From Ignavibacteriota bacterium (GTDB lineage Bacteria > Bacteroidota > Ignavibacteria > Palsa-1295), in contig CAWBEI010000002.1 in assembly GCA_963787835.1 (NCBI GenBank), forward strand, positions 1,760,001 to 1,824,000: DNA of 64,000 nt. Reading direction: 5' to 3'. How positions within the stretch are numbered: the stretch's first letter is position 1; every line of letters starts with the position of its first letter. A program made the position numbers and the translations under genes. Shown here one piece after another: positions 17,744-27,480 of the stretch. A model generated the notes under the pieces. It saw only the letters and a list, made by a program, of their open reading frames with translations. It was not told where the DNA came from and ran no database searches.

Positions 17744-18433
17744 CTACTGGATGATCTTGCAATCATAAACATGTACCTCTTCGCCATTCGAGGGAAGTTC
17801 AGATCGAAATGCATGGCGTGGGGGCATATCCATTCGCAGATACCAACCGGTTTCTGCGTCGAACCACAGCACTTCATTATTATAAGTGTGACCAGCAAGC
17901 GATACTATCTGCCTGATTTTGATGGCATGCCAAAAGTGTCCTTCGATCGTAGTATCTTTTGCTTCTAAGAAACTATTAGTATCCACGACGAGATCGCCGA
18001 GATAGTTCTTTCCCTTCAAAAATACTACCGTATCTTTTGACGAAAGAGGGAAGCGTTCCCATCCACCAGGCTCATCTGGCCCTTTTGGTGGTCCTTCGTA
18101 CCATGAAATATCTCCATTCGGTTCGTAGCTGATTCTTGGCTGAGAGGTAGAACGAGGAACTTTGATTTGGTAAACCGCTTGATAAACAAGAACGTTATTC
18201 TTTCCTTCGAAAGTATCTCCGCGTTCGATTACGGAGTCGGTCGAGTAGTGGGGGCCTATCGCGGATCCATCCGCAGACGTCCACCAACCTTTTATCCGAA
18301 AGTAACTTCCTGGGCCAGGTGGATGTAGGCCAATCTTGGGAGAGGCCTTAGGCTGGGCAGGAGCCGTAAACTGTGCACAGCATACTCCAACTCCCAATAG
18401 GGTCACTATGACAATGATTGCGAAAATTTTCAT
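17744..18433 (-). CDS. Hypothetical secreted protein
   Basis: Signal peptide MKIFAIIVIVTLLGVGVCCA. Confidence 0.65.
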   Translation of the reverse strand: MKIFAIIVIVTLLGVGVCCAQFTAPAQPKASPKIGLHPPGPGSYFRIKGWWTSADGSAIGPHYSTDSVIERGDTFEGKNNVLVYQAVYQIKVPRSTSQPRISYEPNGDISWYEGPPKGPDEPGGWERFPLSSKDTVVFLKGKNYLGDLVVDTNSFLEAKDTTIEGHFWHAIKIRQIVSLAGHTYNNEVLWFDAETGWYLRMDMPPRHAFRSELPSNGEEVHVYDCKIIQ

Positions 18434-18516
18434 GATTGGCGACGGGTTTATGCAACGATTATTTGAACATAAAAAAAGGGAAAATGTTGCTAGGAGAGGA
18501 ATACTCACAATTTAGC

Positions 18517-19092
18517 ATGTCCTATCGTTACCTTATTCTCTACAAACCCTACGGCGTGCTTAGCCAATTCACTGCCGAGGTTCCCGGCCAGCGCTCGCTT
18601 TCAGAATTCAACCTTCCGCCAGACCTCTATGCCGCCGGAAGATTAGATGCCGATTCGGAGGGTCTGCTCCTGCTCACGAACGATGGTCCGCTGATAAAGC
18701 AAATGCTAGAACCCGGCACCGGCCACGAACGCACCTATCTCGTTCAAGTGGAAGGAATCCCAACGGCTGAAGCTATCGCTGAGCTCGAACGCGGCGTTGC
18801 GATTCAAAATTATCGCACCTTGCCAGCCCGCGCGCGATTGTTGGAGCAGGAACCCGCACTCCCGCCGCGCGACCCGCCCATCCGTGTGCGCAAACACATC
18901 CCTACTTCCTGGATCGAACTCACGCTCTTGGAAGGAAAGAACCGCCAGGTGCGCCGGATGACCGCCGCGGTTGGTTATCCAACGTTGCGACTTATCCGTA
19001 CGGCGATCGGCAAACTGACGCTGGATGGCATTATGCCCGGACAATGGCGTGAGCTAGCGAAAAGCGAGATTGAGAGCTTGAAGAAAAGATAG
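18517..19092 (+). CDS. rluE: 23S rRNA pseudouridine synthase (RluE-like)
   Basis: YKPYGVLSQFT, AGRLDADSEGLLLLTNDG, EGKNRQVRRMTAAVGYPTLRLIR. Confidence 0.88.
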   Translation: MSYRYLILYKPYGVLSQFTAEVPGQRSLSEFNLPPDLYAAGRLDADSEGLLLLTNDGPLIKQMLEPGTGHERTYLVQVEGIPTAEAIAELERGVAIQNYRTLPARARLLEQEPALPPRDPPIRVRKHIPTSWIELTLLEGKNRQVRRMTAAVGYPTLRLIRTAIGKLTLDGIMPGQWRELAKSEIESLKKR

Positions 19093-19154
19093 ATCAGAAA
19101 CCTCTCATACTTCCAGCCCGTTCTTCAGTGCGAACATTCAAATTTTATAATATC

Positions 19155-19562
19155 ATGGCAACCTTTACAAATACCAAAGATAATCCCCTCGCTCTCAAAA
19201 CACCTCCGGGAACTTCGGAATACACGATGCACACCGACACCAAGGATGGTAAACCGCTCCTGGTCTGCACCGTTGGGAAGACAGTGCTCCATTATGATGC
19301 CCGCTGCATCAACGACCTTCATGCCATGCTCAAAAAACATGGCGACTGGATGGACTTAGGTGGTGCCGATGAGCAAAAAGAAGCGAAGGAAGGAACGGTC
19401 GAAGCGTGGGGGAGATCTCCGAAAAATCCCATCGGTGGATGGTACGGTCTCAAGAAGGGATTGCGCGGACGCTTTGGAGTTTATGTCCCGCCGCTCATGG
19501 AAGCGCTCGGGCTTGTCGAGTTGGAACACAATGCGAAAAATAATCGGATGCGCGCAAAATAG
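19155..19562 (+). CDS. Conserved hypothetical protein (DUF6855-like)
   Basis: LKTPPGTSEYTM...GWYGLKKGLRGRFGVYVPPLMEALGLVELEHN. Confidence 0.7.
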   Translation: MATFTNTKDNPLALKTPPGTSEYTMHTDTKDGKPLLVCTVGKTVLHYDARCINDLHAMLKKHGDWMDLGGADEQKEAKEGTVEAWGRSPKNPIGGWYGLKKGLRGRFGVYVPPLMEALGLVELEHNAKNNRMRAK

Positions 19563-19573
19563 TTACCGCGTTC

Positions 19574-20449
19574 ATGCAAATAGAAGACGTCGTCGGCGAA
19601 GAAATAGAGGTGGCGGGGGTAAACGAATTGCGCCTCTGCCCGGAGTGCGGCACTCCCGGTGTGGGTGAATATTGCCACAATTGCGGCGAGCAAATGGAGA
19701 CGCACCTTTTTTCGGTGAAGCACTACCTCAAAGAGGTCTTCCACGAATTCGCCGTCATCGATTCGAAATTCTTCCGCACCATTCCAGCGCTGTTGTTCAA
19801 GCCGGGATTTCTTTCACGCGAATATATTGCGGGAAGGCGGAAGCGGTATCTTTCCCCGGCGCGGCTTTATACGCTCATTGCATTTTTCTCTTTCTTTGCA
19901 CTGGGATACTATCTTAGAAATTGGCTCGAGGTAGAATTCCAACAACAAATCGCTTCGCACGGATTGTTTCAAATTCAGTGGGGGAGTTTGAAGGGAGAAA
20001 AGGCCGTGGAATTGATTAGAACATTGCTCAAGTTTACTATTGAAGTCTCGCCTTATGTTCTACTCCTCGGCTCGACGCCGATCTTTGCATTAGTTCTTAA
20101 ACTCATTTACTGGAAGCGCCATATACTCTATGCTGAGCACCTTGTTTTCTCGTTCCATTTTTATACATTCAGCCTTATCGTTCTGATCGGGTCATTATTT
20201 CTTCATTCCAACTTCTGGTTCTTCATCGCGCAGGCCATCTTTATGGTCTATCTATATGTGGCGCTGAAGCGGTTTTATTCCGACCGCGGATTCTCGTTGG
20301 CTACACGCCTGATAGCATGCACCGTTGCTTATTTTAATATTGCAGCGTTTGCAATTGTGCTAACACTGGTTATTGCCAGTACCATCGGGTATCAATTGGG
20401 GGAGTTGCCCGATGGGAAGGCAATTCTTCAATTTACATCGCCTCGATAG
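19574..20449 (+). CDS. DUF3667-domain membrane protein
   Basis: CPECG...YCHNCGE zinc ribbon; LFKPGFLSREYIAGRRKRYLSP; YAEHLVFSFH. Confidence 0.85.
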   Translation: MQIEDVVGEEIEVAGVNELRLCPECGTPGVGEYCHNCGEQMETHLFSVKHYLKEVFHEFAVIDSKFFRTIPALLFKPGFLSREYIAGRRKRYLSPARLYTLIAFFSFFALGYYLRNWLEVEFQQQIASHGLFQIQWGSLKGEKAVELIRTLLKFTIEVSPYVLLLGSTPIFALVLKLIYWKRHILYAEHLVFSFHFYTFSLIVLIGSLFLHSNFWFFIAQAIFMVYLYVALKRFYSDRGFSLATRLIACTVAYFNIAAFAIVLTLVIASTIGYQLGELPDGKAILQFTSPR

Positions 20450-20452
20450 GGT

Positions 20453-21142
20453 TCACATTGTCGGGACAATTTTGCCCACAATCTCCGGTAGCGTCCGAAT
20501 CCTCTCGCAGTCTGATCCTTCATATAAATTAGCGGCATCCAACAAAACAGGCCGGATGTCGGCACTACGCGCACCAACGACATCGACATGATAGAAATCG
20601 CCAACATGCACCGTTGTTTCTGCACTGCTGCCGGATCGTTCGAGGGCGCGAAGGAAATATGCCGGATCCGGTTTTTCAACACCTTCTTCGTGGGAATCAA
20701 AAAGAAAATCGACTTTATCGAGCAGGTCAAATCGTTCGAATGATTTGCGCAACGTGCCGTTCGAGTTAGAAAGCACCACCAGCTTCATAGACATTGAACG
20801 CAGCGCAAGGAGTGTGGGAACAACATCCTCTGCAATGGTTTCCCAAAGGTTCCACTTGCTATTGTACTGAAGAAGCTCTTCGACTGCCGGTGCAATAGCT
20901 TCAGATACATTGACTCCTGCTTCTCCAATGATGCTTTGAAGATATGTGGAAAAGCGATTACCATCATTGGTGGAACGAATGATCTCGGCGGTATCCATTC
21001 TTTTCTTAACGATAGGTTCCGCATTGCGCAAGCGGCTTGCAGCAACAGCTATGCCATGCCGCGCAAGCGTTTCGCTCACGCGATCCCAGTTCGGGTGGAC
21101 AAGCCCTCCTCCCGCATCCAGAAAGACTGTTCGAACGTGCAT
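20453..21142 (-). CDS. HAD-superfamily hydrolase
   Basis: VFLDAGG, LSN, EKPDP, HVGDFYHVDVVGA. Confidence 0.88.
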   Translation of the reverse strand: MHVRTVFLDAGGGLVHPNWDRVSETLARHGIAVAASRLRNAEPIVKKRMDTAEIIRSTNDGNRFSTYLQSIIGEAGVNVSEAIAPAVEELLQYNSKWNLWETIAEDVVPTLLALRSMSMKLVVLSNSNGTLRKSFERFDLLDKVDFLFDSHEEGVEKPDPAYFLRALERSGSSAETTVHVGDFYHVDVVGARSADIRPVLLDAANLYEGSDCERIRTLPEIVGKIVPTM

Positions 21143-21328
21143 CGCGCATGGTACGATTTTAGCATAGGAGAGTTTCCAAAAGACATTCGCGAAAACGATC
21201 TGATTTGAGGGCCATTATTAATTCCCAACCGCCAGATCCATAATATAGATGGTACACATTTTGTGAAAAAGTATTCGTCCATGATCTATTGTCGTGGAAG
21301 TATAACATTCATTAAAATCTATTGGAAT

Positions 21329-21595
21329 ATGACACAACAAACGGAACAACCAACTCCAGAGACGAGGCCGCATCAGGATTTGCCGATCGAGGCTGATTCA
21401 CGAGACCGCTCTGCAAGCGACCGCTCTACCGGCGACCGCTCTGTCAGCACTCAACGGAGTGCAACCAGCGACCGGGACGATCGCAGGCAAGGGAATCAAA
21501 ATTCGCGCGATCGGGAGGACGAAGCGATGAACCGGAGAAGCCGAGAAGCAAGGGATGACAATGAGCGGTCCAGATCGAGCAAACGCTCGGACTGA
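21329..21595 (+). CDS. Small hydrophilic low-complexity (Arg/Asp/Ser-rich) protein
   Basis: MTQQTEQPTPETRP...; followed by a terminator. Confidence 0.55.
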   Translation: MTQQTEQPTPETRPHQDLPIEADSRDRSASDRSTGDRSVSTQRSATSDRDDRRQGNQNSRDREDEAMNRRSREARDDNERSRSSKRSD

Positions 21596-21679
21596 CGACG
21601 CTCGGGCTTACAAAGCTCGAGATGCTGAACGACCGCTTTATCAATCTGTGAGAGATTTTGATTCATTCAAATTCTCTCA

Positions 21680-21710
21680 AAAAGAGCACGGAAAGCAGTG
21701 CTCTTTTTAT
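21680..21710 (+). terminator. Intrinsic terminator
   Basis: aaaagagcac-ggaaagca-gtgctcttttt. Confidence 0.7.
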
Positions 21711-21756
21711 TGATGTCTGCGATACAATAGTATCTTAGTTTTTGACGCATAGAACA

Positions 21757-21794
21757 AAATCGCCTGCGCTACACATGGTAACGCAGGCGATTTG
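21757..21794 (-). terminator. Intrinsic terminator after the OmpA-family gene
   Basis: aaatcgcctgcg...cgcaggcgattt stem. Confidence 0.7.
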
Positions 21795-21832
21795 AATTTT
21801 CGGAGCACGATATACATGCTCATCCCAGGCGC

Positions 21833-23368
21833 TTAGTTCGTCTTGATGAACTCGATGCGGCGGTTCTTCTGCTTGTCGGCAGGTGTATCGTTCGGCGCGA
21901 TCGGGTTATCCGGTCCCACGCCCTTGGCCGTCATGCGGCTGGCGCTGATACCATGATCGACGAGCCACTTCATGACCGCATCTGCACGCTCCTGCGAAAG
22001 CTTCATGTTTGCAGCGCGTTTGCCGGAGTTATCCGTGTTGCCGACGATCTGTACCGTAAGATCAAAATGGTTCACAAGTGTTTTCAATGCCTTGTTCAGC
22101 GAGGTGTCTGAAGAAGGACGGATCGTCGCTTTACCGACATCGAATTCGATACCTTCCAGCGTGATAGCACTGCCGGCCTTGCCGAGATCAAGCTCGTCCT
22201 TCGGAGCCGGTGGCGGCGGAGGAACTTGAGCCTTCGGATAATCGTCACTCGGATCCAGCGGATTGGTTCCACGGCGAACTTCCGTACCATCATCGACGCC
22301 ACCACCATCGGTATCGCGCTTTAATGGATCGGTGTGATATTTCAGCACTTCATCACCATCACTGAGGCCATCGCCATCGGTATCGGCCAGGAGTGGATTT
22401 GTATGATATTTATGAACTTCATCGCCATCGCTGAGTCCATCGCCATCGGTATCGGCCTTGAGCGGATCGGTGTGATAAATATTTACTTCGTCGCCATCGC
22501 TGAGTCCATCGCCATCAGTATCGGCTTTGAGTGGATCCGTGTGATAAATATTGACCTCATCGCCGTCGCTAAGTCCATCGCCATCGGTGTCGCGTTTCAG
22601 AGGATCGGTGTGATATTTGTGAACTTCATCGCCATCGCTTAATCCGTCTCCATCGGTATCAGGATTGTGCGGATCGGTGTGATAGATATTTATTTCATCC
22701 CAGTCGCTGAGTCCGTCGCCATCGCTATCCAAATTGTGAGGATCTTCACCAAAAGTGTAGGTAACTCCGAGCATTCCATGCCACCATCCATCATTCTTAC
22801 CATCATGGAGTGGGTTAAGATCATCGGAAAAGGAAATGTTGCCACCTGCCGAAAGCTCGATGGCCCACGTTGCATTAATGTCATGATACAGGCCGATCCC
22901 CAACGGGAGAAATAAAGCAGTGCCAGTATTTTTAGCGTTAGAAGGCTCATTGAAGGGAACCGTTTTGACATTCCAGTTCACGCCTCCGACGCCAGCATAA
23001 ATATAAGGTGACCAGATCGCATCGACAAGCGGCGTGAGCCTCAAACGCAGGTCGAACGGGATCATCGTGGTACTGTATTTTGAAAGTCCTGCTCCGTCAT
23101 TATTGCCGGAATTCAGTGTTATCCCTACGCCGATCTCCGGAGAGACGTAACTGCCAAATCCCCGCTGCCACAGAGCATAGATACGACCCATCGGATCGAG
23201 TGGTCTGGTTACGGCCTCATTGATACCGAAGGCAGCGCCGCCGCCGAGCCCAAGCACCCACGATGGGCTTGTTTGAGCATTCGTTCTGTTAGTCCATAGC
23301 AAAATTGCCGTCATTGACAGAAGTGCCAATCGAAAATAGGTGTTTTTATTTTGTTTTTGAGTGATCAT
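21833..23368 (-). CDS. OmpA-family protein: beta-barrel, 7 Ca-binding DxDGDG repeats, OmpA_C domain
   Basis: Signal peptide; 23-aa repeats DTDGDGLSDGDEVxxYHTDPLKx; NMKLSQERADAV...NRRIEF. Confidence 0.9.
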   Translation of the reverse strand: MITQKQNKNTYFRLALLSMTAILLWTNRTNAQTSPSWVLGLGGGAAFGINEAVTRPLDPMGRIYALWQRGFGSYVSPEIGVGITLNSGNNDGAGLSKYSTTMIPFDLRLRLTPLVDAIWSPYIYAGVGGVNWNVKTVPFNEPSNAKNTGTALFLPLGIGLYHDINATWAIELSAGGNISFSDDLNPLHDGKNDGWWHGMLGVTYTFGEDPHNLDSDGDGLSDWDEINIYHTDPHNPDTDGDGLSDGDEVHKYHTDPLKRDTDGDGLSDGDEVNIYHTDPLKADTDGDGLSDGDEVNIYHTDPLKADTDGDGLSDGDEVHKYHTNPLLADTDGDGLSDGDEVLKYHTDPLKRDTDGGGVDDGTEVRRGTNPLDPSDDYPKAQVPPPPPAPKDELDLGKAGSAITLEGIEFDVGKATIRPSSDTSLNKALKTLVNHFDLTVQIVGNTDNSGKRAANMKLSQERADAVMKWLVDHGISASRMTAKGVGPDNPIAPNDTPADKQKNRRIEFIKTN

Positions 23369-23527
23369 AAGAAAGAGGTGAAAAGTGAGCGCGCGAAAAC
23401 CCTTCCATATTCGCCTTAGTTCATAAAAAATTACCGTAAAGAAAGTATTATTAGCTGATAATTACAGCGATATCGGCACTTTCTTCGAAAACAACTTCGT
23501 TCGAACGGTTCTTATTATGATCCAATT

Positions 23528-23956
23528 ATGATCCAAATGAAACGATCGATTCTTACTATACTGCTACTATTGACCCTCGGATGCTCAAAGGACGAGCGAT
23601 CCAATGAGCCTGTTCCGGCTACTCCACAGCAAACTGTCGCAACGCCTCCTACTCTCACCCCATCGGAGACCGTTATGAAGGTCGGTGATGCGCTTTCCAG
23701 GCATGACTCTGCTGCGTATGTTAACTTAGTTTCTGCCTCCCGCAAGCAGGCTTATAGGATGAGTCCTCAACTCTTAAGTAGGACGCTTGCTTTTTGGTCG
23801 CTTCACAAGCCCACGATCCAGATCGTTTCTGAATCTCAGCATGATTCAATAGCGATCGTAAAGTATCATCTGCGGATTTCTGGCAAGCATCCAGTAGATG
23901 TGACAGATTCCACCGAACTATTTCTCGAGAACGGGGCGTGGAAATACTCTCGATAA
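23528..23956 (+). CDS. Hypothetical lipoprotein
   Basis: LLLLTLGC lipobox; LENGAWK C-terminus (DUF4878-like). Confidence 0.7.
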   Translation: MIQMKRSILTILLLLTLGCSKDERSNEPVPATPQQTVATPPTLTPSETVMKVGDALSRHDSAAYVNLVSASRKQAYRMSPQLLSRTLAFWSLHKPTIQIVSESQHDSIAIVKYHLRISGKHPVDVTDSTELFLENGAWKYSR

Positions 23957-24054
23957 TGCTCATGGCTCCCAAGTGCGTCGCATTTTGTTCTATATGTATT
24001 GATTGCCAGATCAGACCGGAGCAATCATTCAGGGATTAACGCAAGGAGATCATT

Positions 24055-24342
24055 ATGAGCAATATAGAAGTTTTACAACATACGGAAGAGCAGCAAAGCA
24101 GCGAACATGCCGAGCGCGTAAAGGGGGCATTCGTGGAACTCGAACAAAAACTTGGCGAGCGATCTTCCGAAGAAGTTCAGCGAATTCAAGGTCTCAAGAA
24201 AGCTGCGATCATGCGCGACCGGGCCGGAGTAGAGAAACATCTCGAAGCTGCGAAGTATGAATCCAACTGGCTTTACGAAGAACTGATGAAACACCCGGAG
24301 GTCTCCGCGATCATGCGGGAACTCAGTATTATGGGATTTTAA
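24055..24342 (+). CDS. Small helical protein (DUF4404-like), paralog 1
   Basis: aaggag RBS; ends KHPEVSAIMRELSIMGF. Confidence 0.75.
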   Translation: MSNIEVLQHTEEQQSSEHAERVKGAFVELEQKLGERSSEEVQRIQGLKKAAIMRDRAGVEKHLEAAKYESNWLYEELMKHPEVSAIMRELSIMGF

Positions 24343-24350
24343 TAGAAGAT

Positions 24351-24617
24351 ATGGACAGCAACAACAACGGCGCTCAGGATATATCCTCCCATGAAGATCG
24401 GGTGAGAGGGGTATTTCGCACCATCGAACAAAAGTTTGGCAAAACGTTTAACGACGAAGAAAATCGCGTGCTCGAAGCGATCGTGCGTCGGGATCCCGAT
24501 GGCGTTCAACGTGTGATCGATGATATTAAAGCCGGAGAGGACTGGTACGAGGAAGAGTTTATCAAACACCCGCAGATCGCTGCGATCATCCAGGAACTGA
24601 GTATTATGGGGTTTTGA
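24351..24617 (+). CDS. Small helical protein (DUF4404-like), paralog 2
   Basis: Ends KHPQIAAIIQELSIMGF. Confidence 0.75.
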   Translation: MDSNNNGAQDISSHEDRVRGVFRTIEQKFGKTFNDEENRVLEAIVRRDPDGVQRVIDDIKAGEDWYEEEFIKHPQIAAIIQELSIMGF

Positions 24618-24775
24618 GTAAATCTGCGTTGCGGCGGCATAGGAATAAGCGGGTGGGTTAGCATGGGTATTAGCACCGTTGGCCGCGAACTAAACTTTTA
24701 AAGCGATTGTCTTCTCTGTCAAGCGTCCTAAAAAGTTAGGCTGTTTCGGAATTATATTTTTAGAAAGGATTAAGT

Positions 24776-25279
24776 ATGAAAGTATCTGCCTTTGTTTTGA
24801 GTGTGGTGTTACTTTGTGGCTCGTTTTCCAGTATATGCGTTGGACAAATCAAGAATGCCGGAGGAGCAAATGCCACGTTTCAGGAGGGAGGGTGGACGAA
24901 AGCAAACGACCCCCTCTCGCCATTTATTTGTCAGTGTAATGGCGGCAGCGATTGCATTTGCGCTGTGGTAGCTTACTGCGGGACATGCAAAACAGGCGGA
25001 CAGAATACGTTCACTCTCCCCGTCAGTTCGCAGGCTATCGTTGGCAACTTGTTAAAAGTTACCTTCGCTAATGCGTCCGGTTCCACCGGCGGCTCGGGGA
25101 TTCCCGCCAGTGTCAAGCACACGGATTTTACCCAAAAGAACGAATTGAAGATGGACGCCGTTGCTGCCGCAGCATTGGGCTATTCCGACATTACGATCCT
25201 TCCGGGTAAATATTCGCTAAAAAATAATTCTTTGGTCCTGTCAGTCCGAAAGGGAAGGCCAATTCCGAAAAAGGATTGA
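24776..25279 (+). CDS. Hypothetical secreted Cys-rich protein
   Basis: Signal peptide; CQCNGGSDCIC...YCGTC. Confidence 0.65.
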   Translation: MKVSAFVLSVVLLCGSFSSICVGQIKNAGGANATFQEGGWTKANDPLSPFICQCNGGSDCICAVVAYCGTCKTGGQNTFTLPVSSQAIVGNLLKVTFANASGSTGGSGIPASVKHTDFTQKNELKMDAVAAAALGYSDITILPGKYSLKNNSLVLSVRKGRPIPKKD

Positions 25280-25325
25280 GTGGGCATTTCATTTAATGAA
25301 TTGAGGGCGCATATCTACAGCGCTA

Positions 25326-26303
25326 TCATTGGAGATCCCATTTAAGTCCGAACACAAGCGACTGATCCAATGCTCGTTCCGGCGAGACATTGGAATCATA
25401 TACGAGGTGCAAGTTATAATCGAGGCTAAGGAACTTGTACTGCCAACTTAACAGCAGTAACGAAGTCACGCGGGCTTTGGTCAGATCGCCGCCAAGACCA
25501 TCCTTCGATAATGCGACAGTCTTGAAACTGATATGCGTGCTGAGATCGGTTGCGATCGTTCGTTGGTAGTCCAGATCGGCGATAGCACTATATCCCGATT
25601 CAAACGTAACTTCGCCCTGCACATCACTCAAGGGATTGTTTGTGCTGACGACAAAATTCCGGTTTTGCGTGAAGATAAAGTTCTTCGTGATCGTTTGCTG
25701 GAACGCATAGCCCACCCCCGCAACGAGTGAGAACTGCCCCAGGCCGTCTGCCGAAGTATTCGCAAATCGTCTGCCTAAAAAGAGAGATTGATAGAGGAAC
25801 AGGGGATCGAGAAAATTGGTGGTTTGGCTATCGACCGTGCCAGGCTCGAACTGCGTTTCCCCGGTCACTTCGAGAAATAACCGAATTCCTGCAGCCGGAA
25901 GCATGGGAACCGAAGGCGTCAAACTGAGGATAAGGTCGTCCTGCGTTTTTTGAGGCACCGAATCACCGTTATTCGATTGGCCATATTTTGCATAGAGGCT
26001 CGCGCCAAGTTGTGCTCCCGGACCATCGAGATACAATTTTGACTCTACTCCGACAAGCCAGTTCGCAGCAAAAGTGGAACTGCCGGCCTGACTCTGACTC
26101 TGCACCATCGCGCCGAGCGAGAGATTGGCTGTGAAGGTCGTTAAGCTTTTTACCGGCGGCGTTTGCGTGGCCGTATCCGGTGCGGAAACAGTATCGACTG
26201 CCTTAGCAGGCGTAAGGGTTGTGTCAACGCCTGAGGTTTGAGCATTGGCCGACGAGCATACGCCGAGGGCTATTAGTAGGATGACGAGGAACTTCGAATG
26301 CAT
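25326..26303 (-). CDS. Outer-membrane beta-barrel protein (DUF3078-like)
   Basis: Signal peptide; AKYGQ...KTQDDL...ETQF...FLDP; QSLVFGLKW C-terminus. Confidence 0.7.
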   Translation of the reverse strand: MHSKFLVILLIALGVCSSANAQTSGVDTTLTPAKAVDTVSAPDTATQTPPVKSLTTFTANLSLGAMVQSQSQAGSSTFAANWLVGVESKLYLDGPGAQLGASLYAKYGQSNNGDSVPQKTQDDLILSLTPSVPMLPAAGIRLFLEVTGETQFEPGTVDSQTTNFLDPLFLYQSLFLGRRFANTSADGLGQFSLVAGVGYAFQQTITKNFIFTQNRNFVVSTNNPLSDVQGEVTFESGYSAIADLDYQRTIATDLSTHISFKTVALSKDGLGGDLTKARVTSLLLLSWQYKFLSLDYNLHLVYDSNVSPERALDQSLVFGLKWDLQ

Positions 26304-26360
26304 GGCGACACCCTCTCAACACCAGATGAGGCATCGAGATTCGCCAATTTTAGAAAGGTT

Positions 26361-27440
26361 TTAATGAAGGACAACTACTTTCTGCATCGCAGTATTCCCT
26401 ACTGATTCCATGCGAAGGAAATACGTTCCGCCCACAAGGTTAGCTGGATCAAGCTGTATGATATTCACGCCCGAATGTGCCATGCCGTTCATCAATACTT
26501 GCGATTCCCTGCCCAGCGGATCCATCAGAGAAACACGGACTTGCGATTCACTTGGAAGCGTGAACGATACATTCGTTGCGGAATTTACAGGATTCGATGC
26601 GGCGGAAATAGAATATTGAGAACTTGCTGTGTTATTCAAAACTATATTTGGGGCACCCGGAAGTGAGTATTGTGCACTTGTTGCATTTTGATTGGAATCC
26701 GCACTGATGGAAGCGGAATAAGCGGTCGGAGACACCCAAATGAAGGAGTAAGTTGTTGAACTTGTATTAATGGTATCTTTGCCAATGATGACGGGGGGAG
26801 ATATAGTAGCGACTTTTTGCTTCAGTCGTAATGCCTGGTTGGTAATGTTTCCGGGGAGCGTGAACGACCCCCATCCATCAACGACGCCACTGACGGTCTC
26901 AGTTTCATGGTATCCCTGAACGGTGATCGTCGATGTGCTTGACCAGGAAGACTGATAGGTCAATGGCAAAGCAAATTCTTCTAAGGGTGGTGTGTATCTC
27001 CCTTCGAGGGACATAACGCCATTGACATTTTGGGTAACCCCCAATGCATAAAACCCGCTTTGATTTATGGTGTAGAAGAAGTAAGTAGTAGTTCCTCCAG
27101 AAGATGAAATTTGAACGTGGGTCGCCGTCGGGAAAGAGTCAGCTAGGGCAGCGCCACCAGGCCAAGCCACAACGGTGGAATTATCACTTGTCGTAGTATC
27201 GAATAGGAATGGAAATCCCTTAAAGCTCCACGATTGATTTGCTCCCGTCTGATCAACAAGGGATTGCAACCCGGCGGTGGCAGTATCGTTGTAATTATTG
27301 GATGAGCCGGATTGAACAAAAAACTGCTCGAATTGAGAACTCGAGATGGTAATCTGCGCAAAGGCAGGAATGCTCAAAAGAAAAAATAGTATTGCGAAAA
27401 GTGCCACATGCTTCGATTGGTTGGAAAAGTTTGTTTTCAT
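26361..27440 (-). CDS. T9SS type A sorting-domain secreted protein
   Basis: Signal peptide; SNPV...LMDPLGR...GTYFLRM...QKVVVLH. Confidence 0.85.
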   Translation of the reverse strand: MKTNFSNQSKHVALFAILFFLLSIPAFAQITISSSQFEQFFVQSGSSNNYNDTATAGLQSLVDQTGANQSWSFKGFPFLFDTTTSDNSTVVAWPGGAALADSFPTATHVQISSSGGTTTYFFYTINQSGFYALGVTQNVNGVMSLEGRYTPPLEEFALPLTYQSSWSSTSTITVQGYHETETVSGVVDGWGSFTLPGNITNQALRLKQKVATISPPVIIGKDTINTSSTTYSFIWVSPTAYSASISADSNQNATSAQYSLPGAPNIVLNNTASSQYSISAASNPVNSATNVSFTLPSESQVRVSLMDPLGRESQVLMNGMAHSGVNIIQLDPANLVGGTYFLRMESVGNTAMQKVVVLH

Positions 27441-27480
27441 GGTAATGGATAAGAATTATTACTGCCTTTTGAGAACAAAA

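Noticed and set aside
22250-22730. CRISPR or non-coding tandem array
   Set aside because: 69-bp units are in-frame protein repeats with synonymous divergence.
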